Counted from the stretch's first letter, positions 9,099 to 17,143 are shown. The stretch is 19,022 bases of DNA from Candidatus Fervidifonticultor quintus (GCA_031459535.1 JAVKIJ010000061.1:1-19022); one strand, 5' to 3'. The notes: a model not told the origin generated them from the letters alone. Numbers and translations: made by a program.

Positions 9099-9914
9099 TC
9101 ATTCCGCGGACAGCATGTACCGCTCGATCACCTCCCGCAGGCCATGGTCGTCATTGCTGGGCGCCACTACATCGGCACGGGCGCGCAGCGCCTCGGGCGC
9201 GTGGCCCATGGCCACCCCGAGCCCCGCGTACTCGATCATCCCCAGGTCGTTGAGGTTGTCGCCCACGGCCACAATGGCCTCGCGCTCGATCCCCAGCCGC
9301 GCGGCCAGCGCCTGTAGCGCCGTACCCTTGTCCACGCCCGGCGGCAGGATCTCCAGGTAGATCGTCTCAGAGAAGACGTGGTTGACCGGATAGGGCAGCG
9401 CGTCCACCTCCCGCGCCACGGCCTCCAGCGCCGGGCGCTCGCCGATGATCAGGATCTTCATCGGCTCGCGCCTCGGGTCGGCGTCCAGCCAGTCCGCCAG
9501 ATCCCCCACCGGCTCGGCGCGCAGACTGTCCTTCTGCTGGTAGGTCAGCGTCGCCTCGGTGACGGCAGGCACGTAGACCCGGTCGTCCACGTACAGGTGC
9601 GGCTGGACCGCCGGGTGCCGGCGGAGGATGCGCAGCACATCCCTGGCGTGCCGGACGGGCAGCGGGGTGCGCATCCAGACCTCGTCCCGCGCGAAGTCGT
9701 AGATCATGCCGCCGTTGTAGAGGATGACCGGCGGGTCCGCGCCCAGCGCCTCGACGAACCGGCGGGCGGACGGCCAGATGCGGCCCGTGGCGAGGCAGAC
9801 CCTCACACCCCGCGCCCGCACCTGGGCCACGGCCGCGTGCACCGGAGGCGTGATCTGCCGGGCCGCATTGACCAGCGTCCCGTCGATGTCGGCCACCAGC
9901 AGACGATAGCGCAT
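9099..9914 (-). CDS. Cof-type HAD-IIB family phosphatase
   Basis: Motif I DIDGTL, motif II ATGR, motif III GVDKG and motif IV GDNLND, with AGLGVAMG. The start overlaps the upstream stop (ATG 9914 or GTG 9917). Confidence 0.9.
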   Translation of the reverse strand: MRYRLLVADIDGTLVNAARQITPPVHAAVAQVRARGVRVCLATGRIWPSARRFVEALGADPPVILYNGGMIYDFARDEVWMRTPLPVRHARDVLRILRRHPAVQPHLYVDDRVYVPAVTEATLTYQQKDSLRAEPVGDLADWLDADPRREPMKILIIGERPALEAVAREVDALPYPVNHVFSETIYLEILPPGVDKGTALQALAARLGIEREAIVAVGDNLNDLGMIEYAGLGVAMGHAPEALRARADVVAPSNDDHGLREVIERYMLSAE

Positions 9915-10897
9915 CACGCCAGGGGCAACCGCACCGGCGCGCCGCTTCGGGCGGCGCGGTATGTGGCTTCCACCAGCTCCGTGGCCCGGTAGCCGTCCTC
10001 GGCGGTCACGGCGGGAGGCCGCTCGCCCAGCACCGCGTCAATGAACAGCCGGTCTTCCTCCACGTAGCCCCACTTCTCCTCGAACGCCATCTGAAAACAG
10101 TCTATCGCCTCGACCTGGTCGCGCATACCGGGGGAGAACCAGGCGCGCTCCAGTTCCTCGGTGACCACGGTAGCGTGGTCGCCGTAGATCTCCACGCGCT
10201 CGTAGGGGAACAGCCACGAGGTGTGCGCGACGCTGGTCACCGAGGCCACGACGCCGCCGGCGAACTCGAACAGCATCACGAAGCCGTCGAGCTCATTGTA
10301 GACGCTCTGGCGGGCGGCGCCACTGACCTGCACCACGTCGCCGAAGAGGAACCGCCCCATGTCGAACAGGTGGACCGGCGTCTCATAGAGGTAGCCGCCG
10401 GTCACCGCGGGGTTGCCGGTCCACGGCGGCTGCTTCAGCTCGCCCCGGTTGTGCTTCATCTGCGCCAGACGAGGCGTGATGCGGCCCTCTTCGATGCGCT
10501 GCTTGGCGAACCGGTACACATTGGCGAACCGCCGGTTGAATCCGATCTGGTAGACGCCCCGCGCCCGCCGGGCGGTTTCCTTGATGGTCCTGGCGCCCTC
10601 CAGCGATGTGGCCATGGGCTTCTCAGAGAAGACGTGCAGCCCGGCCTCCAGGGCCGTCACCACCGGCTCCACGTGCATCGAGTTGGGCGTGCAGACATAC
10701 ACCGCCTGCGCGCCGGTGGCGATCAGGGCCGGCAGGCCGTCCAGTGCCGCCGTCCCGCACTCGGCCGCCAGCCGCTGCGCCGCGGCGGGGACCACGTCGG
10801 CCACCCCGACCAGGTCCACGCGGGCGTCACGCTTCAGACACAAGGCGTGGATGCGGCCGATGAATCCCGCGCCCAGAATGCCCACCTTGACACTCAT
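9914..10897 (-). CDS. Gfo/Idh/MocA oxidoreductase, probable inositol 2-dehydrogenase (IolG-like)
   Basis: Start moved to ATG 10897 after GGGAGGAG. Rossmann GAGFIG, CTPN..H, SEKP, GFNRRF and GGYLYETPVHLFD. Substrate inferred from the neighbours. Confidence 0.8.
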   Translation of the reverse strand: MSVKVGILGAGFIGRIHALCLKRDARVDLVGVADVVPAAAQRLAAECGTAALDGLPALIATGAQAVYVCTPNSMHVEPVVTALEAGLHVFSEKPMATSLEGARTIKETARRARGVYQIGFNRRFANVYRFAKQRIEEGRITPRLAQMKHNRGELKQPPWTGNPAVTGGYLYETPVHLFDMGRFLFGDVVQVSGAARQSVYNELDGFVMLFEFAGGVVASVTSVAHTSWLFPYERVEIYGDHATVVTEELERAWFSPGMRDQVEAIDCFQMAFEEKWGYVEEDRLFIDAVLGERPPAVTAEDGYRATELVEATYRAARSGAPVRLPLA

Positions 10898-10935
10898 GTG
10901 CTCCTCCCTGGTGTCGTTGCGCTCGCTGGCACCCG

Positions 10936-11763
10936 TCAATCGAACAGTTGCTTCATGCGGGCCAGGCCCACCCGCGCGACTTCCGAGGGATCCATGGCCC
11001 AGTAAGCGGGCCGGAACAGCTCCAGGGAATAGGCGCCCCGGTAGCCGATCTCCTCCAGCCGCGCCAGCAGCGGCTTCAGCGGGATCACGCCGTCCCCCGG
11101 CCACAGCCGCTGGGCGTCGGTGAGCGCAGCCGGGGGACCGGGCTCCGCGTCGTCGAGGTGTACGATGAAGATCCGGGAGCCGTCCAGCCCGTCCAGGTCC
11201 TCGAGCCGTGAACCGCCGGCGTAGAAGTGGAAGGCGTCGATCACGAGACCCACCCTGGGATCGCCCACGTCGTCTACGATCACCCGGGCCGCCCGCAGTG
11301 TGTTCACCGAGTTGGCCGCAAACCCCAGGAACTCGAACCCGACCATCACGCCGTACGCTCCCGCGACCGCAGCCATGGCGCGCAGCGCGGCCGCCGAGCG
11401 GACCCGCACCTGGGCCTCGTCCAGGCCCCCGGGCGGCAGGAAGCTCGGGACGCTGATGACGTAGGGGCAATCCAGGGCACGGGCCCACTCGCAGAAGGTG
11501 CGCGCCCGGGCCAGCACCACCTCCAGCGCCGGCCCGACCCGCAGGGTGGAGTCTTCCAGCGCGTTGATGCTGAGCACCTCGACCCCGGCCTGCTGCAGCA
11601 GGCCGCGCAGCGAGGCCAGGGTGCCGCCCGAGGCCAGGTACTGCTCGATCTTCGCATCCCGGAGCTCCACCACCTGATAGCCGGCCTCGCCTGCCACGCG
11701 GATGTCGGTGGCGAGGTCGACGGCAGCACCGGTGGTGGCGCCGTTGAGTCCAAATCTTCGCAT
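10936..11763 (-). CDS. iolI: Inosose isomerase (2-keto-myo-inositol isomerase)-like TIM-barrel protein
   Basis: Start moved to ATG 11763. FGLNGATT, SINAL, EFLG..NSVNT, GLVIDAFHF, IFIVHLDDAE, LTDAQRLWPGDG and SLELFRPAY parallel B. subtilis IolI as I recall it. Confidence 0.78.
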   Translation of the reverse strand: MRRFGLNGATTGAAVDLATDIRVAGEAGYQVVELRDAKIEQYLASGGTLASLRGLLQQAGVEVLSINALEDSTLRVGPALEVVLARARTFCEWARALDCPYVISVPSFLPPGGLDEAQVRVRSAAALRAMAAVAGAYGVMVGFEFLGFAANSVNTLRAARVIVDDVGDPRVGLVIDAFHFYAGGSRLEDLDGLDGSRIFIVHLDDAEPGPPAALTDAQRLWPGDGVIPLKPLLARLEEIGYRGAYSLELFRPAYWAMDPSEVARVGLARMKQLFD

Positions 11764-11771
11764 GGGCACCC

Positions 11772-12614
11772 CTATCCTTTCTCTCGCACCACGCCGAACG
11801 TCAGGGCCCCCACGACGTACCGGCGCGCGAGCAGCAGCAAGATGACCGGCACCAGCGCCGAGATGGTCCCGGCAGCCGCCATCTCGTTCCAGATGATCTC
11901 GAACTGGGTCACCAGGCTGGCGACACCGATCGAGAACGTCTGCGAGGTCGGAGAGGCGGTCAGGATGAACGCGAACATGAACTCGCTCCATGTCAGCGAG
12001 AACGCGATGACCGCCGCCGCCAGCAACGCCGGCGCCAGCTGGGGTAGCAGGATCTGGACGAAGGCCCGCAGCCGCGTGGCGCCGTCGACCAGCGCGGCCT
12101 CCTCGATCTCCATGGGCACCTCGGCCAGGAACCCCTTGAGCATCCAGACCACGAACGGCAGGCAGAACACCGTATACAGGAAGATGAGCGATTGCCGGGT
12201 GTCGTACAGCCCGAAGCCTCGCACGATGTCGAAGAACGGAATCACCACGACGATCGGGGGCAAGAAGCGCAGGCTGAGGATCCAGCCGAACAGGCCCCGC
12301 CGGAAGCCCGGGTGCACCTGGAGCCGCGTCAACGGGTAGGCGATGAGCAGGCCGAGCGCGATGGCGCCGGCGACCGCGGCCAGGGCGATCACCAAGCTGT
12401 TGGCCAGCAGCTGACTGTAGCCGCGCCGCCCCAGCACCGACGCGAACGCCTCCGCCGTGGGCGCGGCCGGGGCCACCGTAGGCGGGTAGCGGTAGAGCTC
12501 GGCCTTGGACTTCAGGCCCGTGGAGAGCATCCAGAAGAACGGAAACAGGTAGAGCACCACAATCAGCGCCAGCACACCGTAGGCCAGGACCACCCAGACC
12601 CGCCTCCAGGTCAC
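11772..12614 (-). CDS. Carbohydrate ABC permease, MalG-like
   Basis: GTG start 12614 (GTGA overlap). FPFFWMLSTGLK, EIEEAALVDGA and WSEF motifs. Confidence 0.9.
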   Translation of the reverse strand: MTWRRVWVVLAYGVLALIVVLYLFPFFWMLSTGLKSKAELYRYPPTVAPAAPTAEAFASVLGRRGYSQLLANSLVIALAAVAGAIALGLLIAYPLTRLQVHPGFRRGLFGWILSLRFLPPIVVVIPFFDIVRGFGLYDTRQSLIFLYTVFCLPFVVWMLKGFLAEVPMEIEEAALVDGATRLRAFVQILLPQLAPALLAAAVIAFSLTWSEFMFAFILTASPTSQTFSIGVASLVTQFEIIWNEMAAAGTISALVPVILLLLARRYVVGALTFGVVREKG

Positions 12615-13531
12615 ATCACGCCCTCCGTGGCCAGCCATCGGTTGAGCAGCGAGAACATCAGCGACGTGACCATGACCACGTAGAACCCGATGGCGGCCGC
12701 ATATCCCAGGTCGAAGAACTTGAACGCGATCCGGTACAGGTAGACGCTGATGAACTCGGTGGACGCGCCCGGCCCGCCAGCGGTCAGCACCAGCACGTGG
12801 TCGAACACCCGGAACGTGTCGGTGAACCGGAAGATGAGCAGCAGGAGCAGCAGCGACTTCAGGTACGGCAGCTCGATGAGCCGGAACAGGCTCCACCCGC
12901 CGGCGCCGTCCACCCTGGCGGCCTCGGCGACGTCTATGGGCACGGCGGTGAACCCCGCGAAACAGACCAGGAAGACGAACGGCGTCCACTGCCAGATGTC
13001 CACGCTCAGGACCGAGAACATGGCGCCCGCGCCGGTGGACAGCCAGAGGATATCCTTGTCGATCAGCCCCACGGCGCGCAGCGCGTGGTTCAGGATCCCG
13101 TAGTTCGGCGTGTAGATGAGCCGTGCGATCACCCCGGCCACGACCGGCGGGGTGACCATGGGGATGATGAGCAACAGGTAGACCGCCGACCGCACCGTGG
13201 CGCTGACGATCGTCCGGTGGATAAACAGTGCCAGCGCCAGGCCCAGGACGATCTCGACCCCCACGGCCAGGACCACGTAGATGCCGGTCGCTTTCAACGA
13301 GGCCGCGAACAGCGGGTCATCGAAGACACGGACGAAGTTGTGCAGCCCGACGAACGCGCCGGTCCGGTAGCTGCGGACGCTGAGGTTGACGTTGTAGAGC
13401 ATCGGGTACGCGACCAGCAAGAACAGCAGCAGGATGGGGATTCCTGCCAGCAGATACGGCGTTGCCTGTCGCAGCCTGGCCGCGGCCGTCATGGGGATCG
13501 GCGGGGGACCGACGCCGTCGGTCCCCCGCAT
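12611..13531 (-). CDS. Carbohydrate ABC permease, MalF-like
   Basis: FVGLHNF, DIWQWTPF, EAARVDGA, FRVFD and TAGGPG motifs. Start uncertain: ATG 13531 or ATG 13492. Confidence 0.88.
   Translation of the reverse strand: MRGTDGVGPPPIPMTAAARLRQATPYLLAGIPILLLFLLVAYPMLYNVNLSVRSYRTGAFVGLHNFVRVFDDPLFAASLKATGIYVVLAVGVEIVLGLALALFIHRTIVSATVRSAVYLLLIIPMVTPPVVAGVIARLIYTPNYGILNHALRAVGLIDKDILWLSTGAGAMFSVLSVDIWQWTPFVFLVCFAGFTAVPIDVAEAARVDGAGGWSLFRLIELPYLKSLLLLLLIFRFTDTFRVFDHVLVLTAGGPGASTEFISVYLYRIAFKFFDLGYAAAIGFYVVMVTSLMFSLLNRWLATEGVM
13501..13529. repeat. Perfect 14-bp inverted repeat (stem-loop) just after the binding-protein gene
   Basis: GCGGGGGACCGACG-C-CGTCGGTCCCCCGC, read directly from the sequence. 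No U-tract follows on the minus strand. Confidence 0.85.
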
Positions 13532-13535
13532 CGCC

Positions 13536-14837
13536 CTACTTATAGTACCCTGCCTCGCGCATGTGCTTCTCGATCTCCTGGGCGGCCTTAGCAATGGCGT
13601 CCTCGGGCGTCTCCAGGCCCGCCAGCGCCGCGTTCACGTGGGTACCCAGGATCGCCTCAACCGCGAACCACTCCGACGTGCGCGGACGCCACTGGGCCGG
13701 CGCCTCCAGCGAGGCCGCCATGGCCTTGAAGAACGCAAACTTCTTGTTCATCTCGGCATCCAGCAGCACGGACTTCCTGAAGGGGATGCCGCCGCCCAGC
13801 GCATACGGCTTCTGGACGTTCTTGCCGGTCGCCCAGAGAATGAACTCGTACGCCCAGCGCTTGTTCTTGGACCCCTGCGGGATACCCAACAGCCAGTTGC
13901 CGATCAGCGGCCCGTGAATGTTCCCCGGCCCGCGCGGTGCCAACGTGTACCCCATCTTGCCGATCACCTTGGAGACCGAAGGGTTCTCGACGATGTCGGT
14001 GATCTCGGCCGGCCAGATGAAGCCCTGCGCCGCGCGGCCCACGGCCACCTCCCGCGCGCGCTCGGCGGCATCGTAGTTCTCGACTCCGGGTGGCGCGTAC
14101 TGCTTGAGGTCCTTGGCGAAGAACTTCAGGGCTGCGACCGCTTCTTTGGAATTCAGGACGACCTTCCAGTTGTCATCGAAGATCTTACCGCCAAACGACA
14201 GCAGGACCGGCGTGAACTCAGAGATGACCGGGTTGCCCTTCGCACCCCGCAGGACCATGCCATAGAGGGGCTTGGCTGGATCCTGCACCTTCTTGGCGTT
14301 GGCGATGACGTCATCCCAGGTCTTGGGCTCCGAGACCAGGTCCTTCCGGTACATGAAGAACTCCACGTTCCCCACCAGCGTGATGGCGTAGAGCTGCCTG
14401 GGCTTGCCCTTCTCGCCGGGCGGCACCGGCCCGCGGGGCGGCGGCCACGAGCCCAGGTCGTACACGACGGGGAAGATGTCCGGGTCGCGCTTGTATCCGA
14501 ACTCCTTGTCCAGCGGCGTCAGCCACGCCTCGGAGCCGAATTTGGGCATCCAGGGGTCGTCCGCGATCAGCAGGTCGTAGGTCGCGGCCCTGGCCTGAAA
14601 CGTCGTGACCAGTTTCTCGTAGAGGGTGGGGTAAGGGAACTCGACGAGCTCGATCTTGAGGCCCCTCTCCTTCTCCCACATGGGCAGGATCGCCTTGAGG
14701 CCCTTGGTCTCACCTCCGGCGACGACGGCCATCGTGAGCTTCGCGGGCTTAGGCGGCAGGCCCTGGGCCCCCAGCGGCACCGCGTTAACCGCCAGCGCCA
14801 GGGCGATCAGCAACGCGACTGCTATCGCCATGCGCAC
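13536..14837 (-). CDS. Carbohydrate (CUT1, SBP family 1) ABC substrate-binding protein, probably inositol/polyol
   Basis: GTG start after AAAGGGGGT. Signal peptide, YDLLIADDPW, MYRKDL, PKTWDD, GNWLLGIP and RPRTSEW are typical of polyol/sugar SBPs. Confidence 0.88.
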   Translation of the reverse strand: MRMAIAVALLIALALAVNAVPLGAQGLPPKPAKLTMAVVAGGETKGLKAILPMWEKERGLKIELVEFPYPTLYEKLVTTFQARAATYDLLIADDPWMPKFGSEAWLTPLDKEFGYKRDPDIFPVVYDLGSWPPPRGPVPPGEKGKPRQLYAITLVGNVEFFMYRKDLVSEPKTWDDVIANAKKVQDPAKPLYGMVLRGAKGNPVISEFTPVLLSFGGKIFDDNWKVVLNSKEAVAALKFFAKDLKQYAPPGVENYDAAERAREVAVGRAAQGFIWPAEITDIVENPSVSKVIGKMGYTLAPRGPGNIHGPLIGNWLLGIPQGSKNKRWAYEFILWATGKNVQKPYALGGGIPFRKSVLLDAEMNKKFAFFKAMAASLEAPAQWRPRTSEWFAVEAILGTHVNAALAGLETPEDAIAKAAQEIEKHMREAGYYK

Positions 14838-14919
14838 ATCTGTGACCCCCTTTCGACCTGGTCTACGTTCGGGCTGATGCGGCGCTCACCTCCCTTCCCG
14901 GCGCCCAGGGGCGCGTCAT

Positions 14920-16089
14920 CTACGAGCGCACCATCACCTTGCCGTCCTGCCGCTTCGAGGCCCTCTCCACGGCGGCGACGGCCTGGTCCAGCGGAAAGCG
15001 GCTCGTGATGATCTGCGTCATGTCGATGCGGCGGGCGGCCATGAGCCGGATGACATATGGGAAGTTGCCGTACCCCGAGTGGCCCTGGGCGCCGAAGACC
15101 TGTCCCGCGTGGGTCTGGAAGTGCTCCAGGTACATGGGCACGCGCTCAGACGCGCGGCCGATCATGACGACCTTGCCGCCGAACGCCAGCGTCTCCTCCA
15201 TCTCGGGGATCGTCAACGGCGGTGCACCCGCCGCCTCCACGTGCATGTCGATGCCCTCGCCCTTGGTCTGCTCCCGGATGACGTCGCGGGGCCGAATGCC
15301 CTGCTTCTGCAGCTCGACCGGGTCGTAGACGAGGTCTGCGCCGACCTTCCTGGCGAGCTCCCGGCGGACCGGCGAGACCTCGAACGCCATGATGAGTCCG
15401 GCGCCGGCGGCCCTGGCCAGGGCGATGGCGGCGAAGCCGATGGGCCCCGTGCCGAAGACGGTCACGTAGCCGCCCGGCTTGAACCCCCCGGCCCGGGTGA
15501 ACATGGCGTTGTACGAGACGCTGGTGGGCTCGCACAACGCGCCGGCCTCGTAGCCCTTGTCCACGCTGCCGTAGGCATTGGCGAGCGCGTCGATCTTCCA
15601 GCAGTACTTGGCGCCGATGACGATGGACTCGGCCTGCGCCCCGTGGACGGTGAAGCCGATCTCTTCCAGGTTGAGGCACTGGTTGGGATATCCGTTGCGG
15701 CACGGGGTGCACTCGCCGCACCAGATCATCTCTTCGGCTGTCACCATGTCGCCGACCCGCAAGTCCTTGACCTCCCGGCCCACCTCGATAACCTCGCCCG
15801 AGAACTCGTGGCCGATGATCACCGGGAACTTGGTGAGGCCCGGGTAGAGCATGTAGCCGTCCGCATCGGTCTCGTAGAAGTGCACGTCCGACCCGCAGAT
15901 GCCGCAGGCCCGGGGACGCAGCCGGACATCCTTGGGACCCAGCGGCGTCTCCGGCAGGTCCTCCAGGCGCAGCTTCGGATGCCTCCACACACTGCTCCCG
16001 GTCACAGCCTTGCCGGTGGTCCGCTCGAACTCGCTGAGGGTGTAGCCGTCTCGCGGTGTCCACTCGGCGTCCAGGACAAGGCCCTTCAT
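14920..16089 (-). CDS. iolM: Zn-dependent scyllo-inosose 3-dehydrogenase-like enzyme
   Basis: CGICGSDVH, GHEFSG, structural Zn C-x2-C-x2-C-x7-C and GTGPIG. Diagnostic segments AEWTPR, GSSVWRHP, GYMLYPGLTKFP, AEEMIWCG, EPTSVSYNA and QGHSGYGNFP match Thermotoga TM0412/IolM as I recall it. Confidence 0.87.
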   Translation of the reverse strand: MKGLVLDAEWTPRDGYTLSEFERTTGKAVTGSSVWRHPKLRLEDLPETPLGPKDVRLRPRACGICGSDVHFYETDADGYMLYPGLTKFPVIIGHEFSGEVIEVGREVKDLRVGDMVTAEEMIWCGECTPCRNGYPNQCLNLEEIGFTVHGAQAESIVIGAKYCWKIDALANAYGSVDKGYEAGALCEPTSVSYNAMFTRAGGFKPGGYVTVFGTGPIGFAAIALARAAGAGLIMAFEVSPVRRELARKVGADLVYDPVELQKQGIRPRDVIREQTKGEGIDMHVEAAGAPPLTIPEMEETLAFGGKVVMIGRASERVPMYLEHFQTHAGQVFGAQGHSGYGNFPYVIRLMAARRIDMTQIITSRFPLDQAVAAVERASKRQDGKVMVRS

Positions 16090-16108
16090 GGTTCGCTCCC
16101 TCCCTCGC

Positions 16109-17143
16109 TCATGCGCTTTCTTGGATCACGGGGCGTCGCAGGCGGGCCCCGCACGAGTCCCGCACCACGAGCCTGGGCTCCAGGACCAGGCGGCGGGGCC
16201 GGCGGTCGCCTCCGCCGAGCAGTTCCAGGAGCCGCTCCATCGCCAGGCAACCCATGCGGTACTTGGGCTGCGCCACGGTCGTGAGGCGGGGTTCCACCAG
16301 CGAAGCGAACGTGATGTCATCGAACCCCACCACCGCCACGTCCTGGGGAACCCGGCGGCCGCAGCGCCGCAACTCCTCCATGCCGCCGATCGCCATCAGG
16401 TCGTTGGCAGCCACGATCGCCGTAAACCGTGTGCGGCGCTCAAGCAGCTCGCGGACGGCAGCGCCGCCGCCCTCGGCGCGAAAGCCGCCGTCGCAAATGA
16501 CGGCAGGATCGGCGACGATTCCCGCTGAGGCCAGGGCGTCCTGATAACCGGCCAGCCGCTCGTTGGCCACCGGCAGGGTCGGGGGCCCGCCGATGAACGC
16601 AATCCGCCGGTGCCCCAGACGGAGCAGGTGCTCGGTCGCCTCGCGCGCGCCCCGGCGGTTGTCCACCAGCACCGCATCGATGCTCACGCGGTCGGGCGCC
16701 CGCGCGACCAGCACCACGGGCACACCCTGCCGCCGCAGCATGCGCAGGTGCGCGGTGTTGGCGCCCACGGTGGCGAAGATCAGACCGTCCACCATGCGCT
16801 TGTCGAGCAGGGCCAGATATGTGCGCTCCTTGGCCAGATCCTCATAGGTGTTGCACAGCAAGACGCCCATGCCGGCGCGGCTGGCCACGTCCTCGATGCC
16901 GCGGGCGATGGCAGGGAAGAACGGATTGCTGATGTCGGGAACGATGAGCCCGACCGTGCCGGTGACACGCTTCTTGAGGCCGCGGGCGACCAGATTGGGT
17001 TGATAGCGCAGGCGCGCCACAGCGGCCAGCACCCGGCCGCGGGTATCGGGACGGACACCGTAGGCGCTGCCGCTGACGACGCGGGAGACTGTGGCCACAG
17101 ATACCCCGGCGGCTTGCGCCACCTCGCGGATCGTCACCGTCAC
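16109..17143 (-). CDS. LacI-family transcriptional regulator
   Basis: GTG 17143 with GGAGG 6 nt upstream. HTH TIREVAQAAGVSVATVSRV, hinge YQPNLVARGL, PDISNPFF, NDLMAIG and VPQDVAVVGFDD. Confidence 0.95.
   Translation of the reverse strand: MTVTIREVAQAAGVSVATVSRVVSGSAYGVRPDTRGRVLAAVARLRYQPNLVARGLKKRVTGTVGLIVPDISNPFFPAIARGIEDVASRAGMGVLLCNTYEDLAKERTYLALLDKRMVDGLIFATVGANTAHLRMLRRQGVPVVLVARAPDRVSIDAVLVDNRRGAREATEHLLRLGHRRIAFIGGPPTLPVANERLAGYQDALASAGIVADPAVICDGGFRAEGGGAAVRELLERRTRFTAIVAANDLMAIGGMEELRRCGRRVPQDVAVVGFDDITFASLVEPRLTTVAQPKYRMGCLAMERLLELLGGGDRRPRRLVLEPRLVVRDSCGARLRRPVIQESA

Noticed and set aside
10898-11488. N-terminal extensions in the ORF track (Gfo/Idh/MocA from 11488, iolI from 11991, MalG-like from 12989, iolO from 5427, gcdH from 17091)
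   Set aside because: They overlap neighbouring real genes. Downstream starts have an RBS or a stop-start overlap and coincide with the start of family homology, so these are not fusions.
14863-14919. 18-aa ORF MTRPWAPGREVSAASART directly after the iolM stop
   Set aside because: No SD of its own and no informative composition. An ORF of this size is expected by chance at this GC content.
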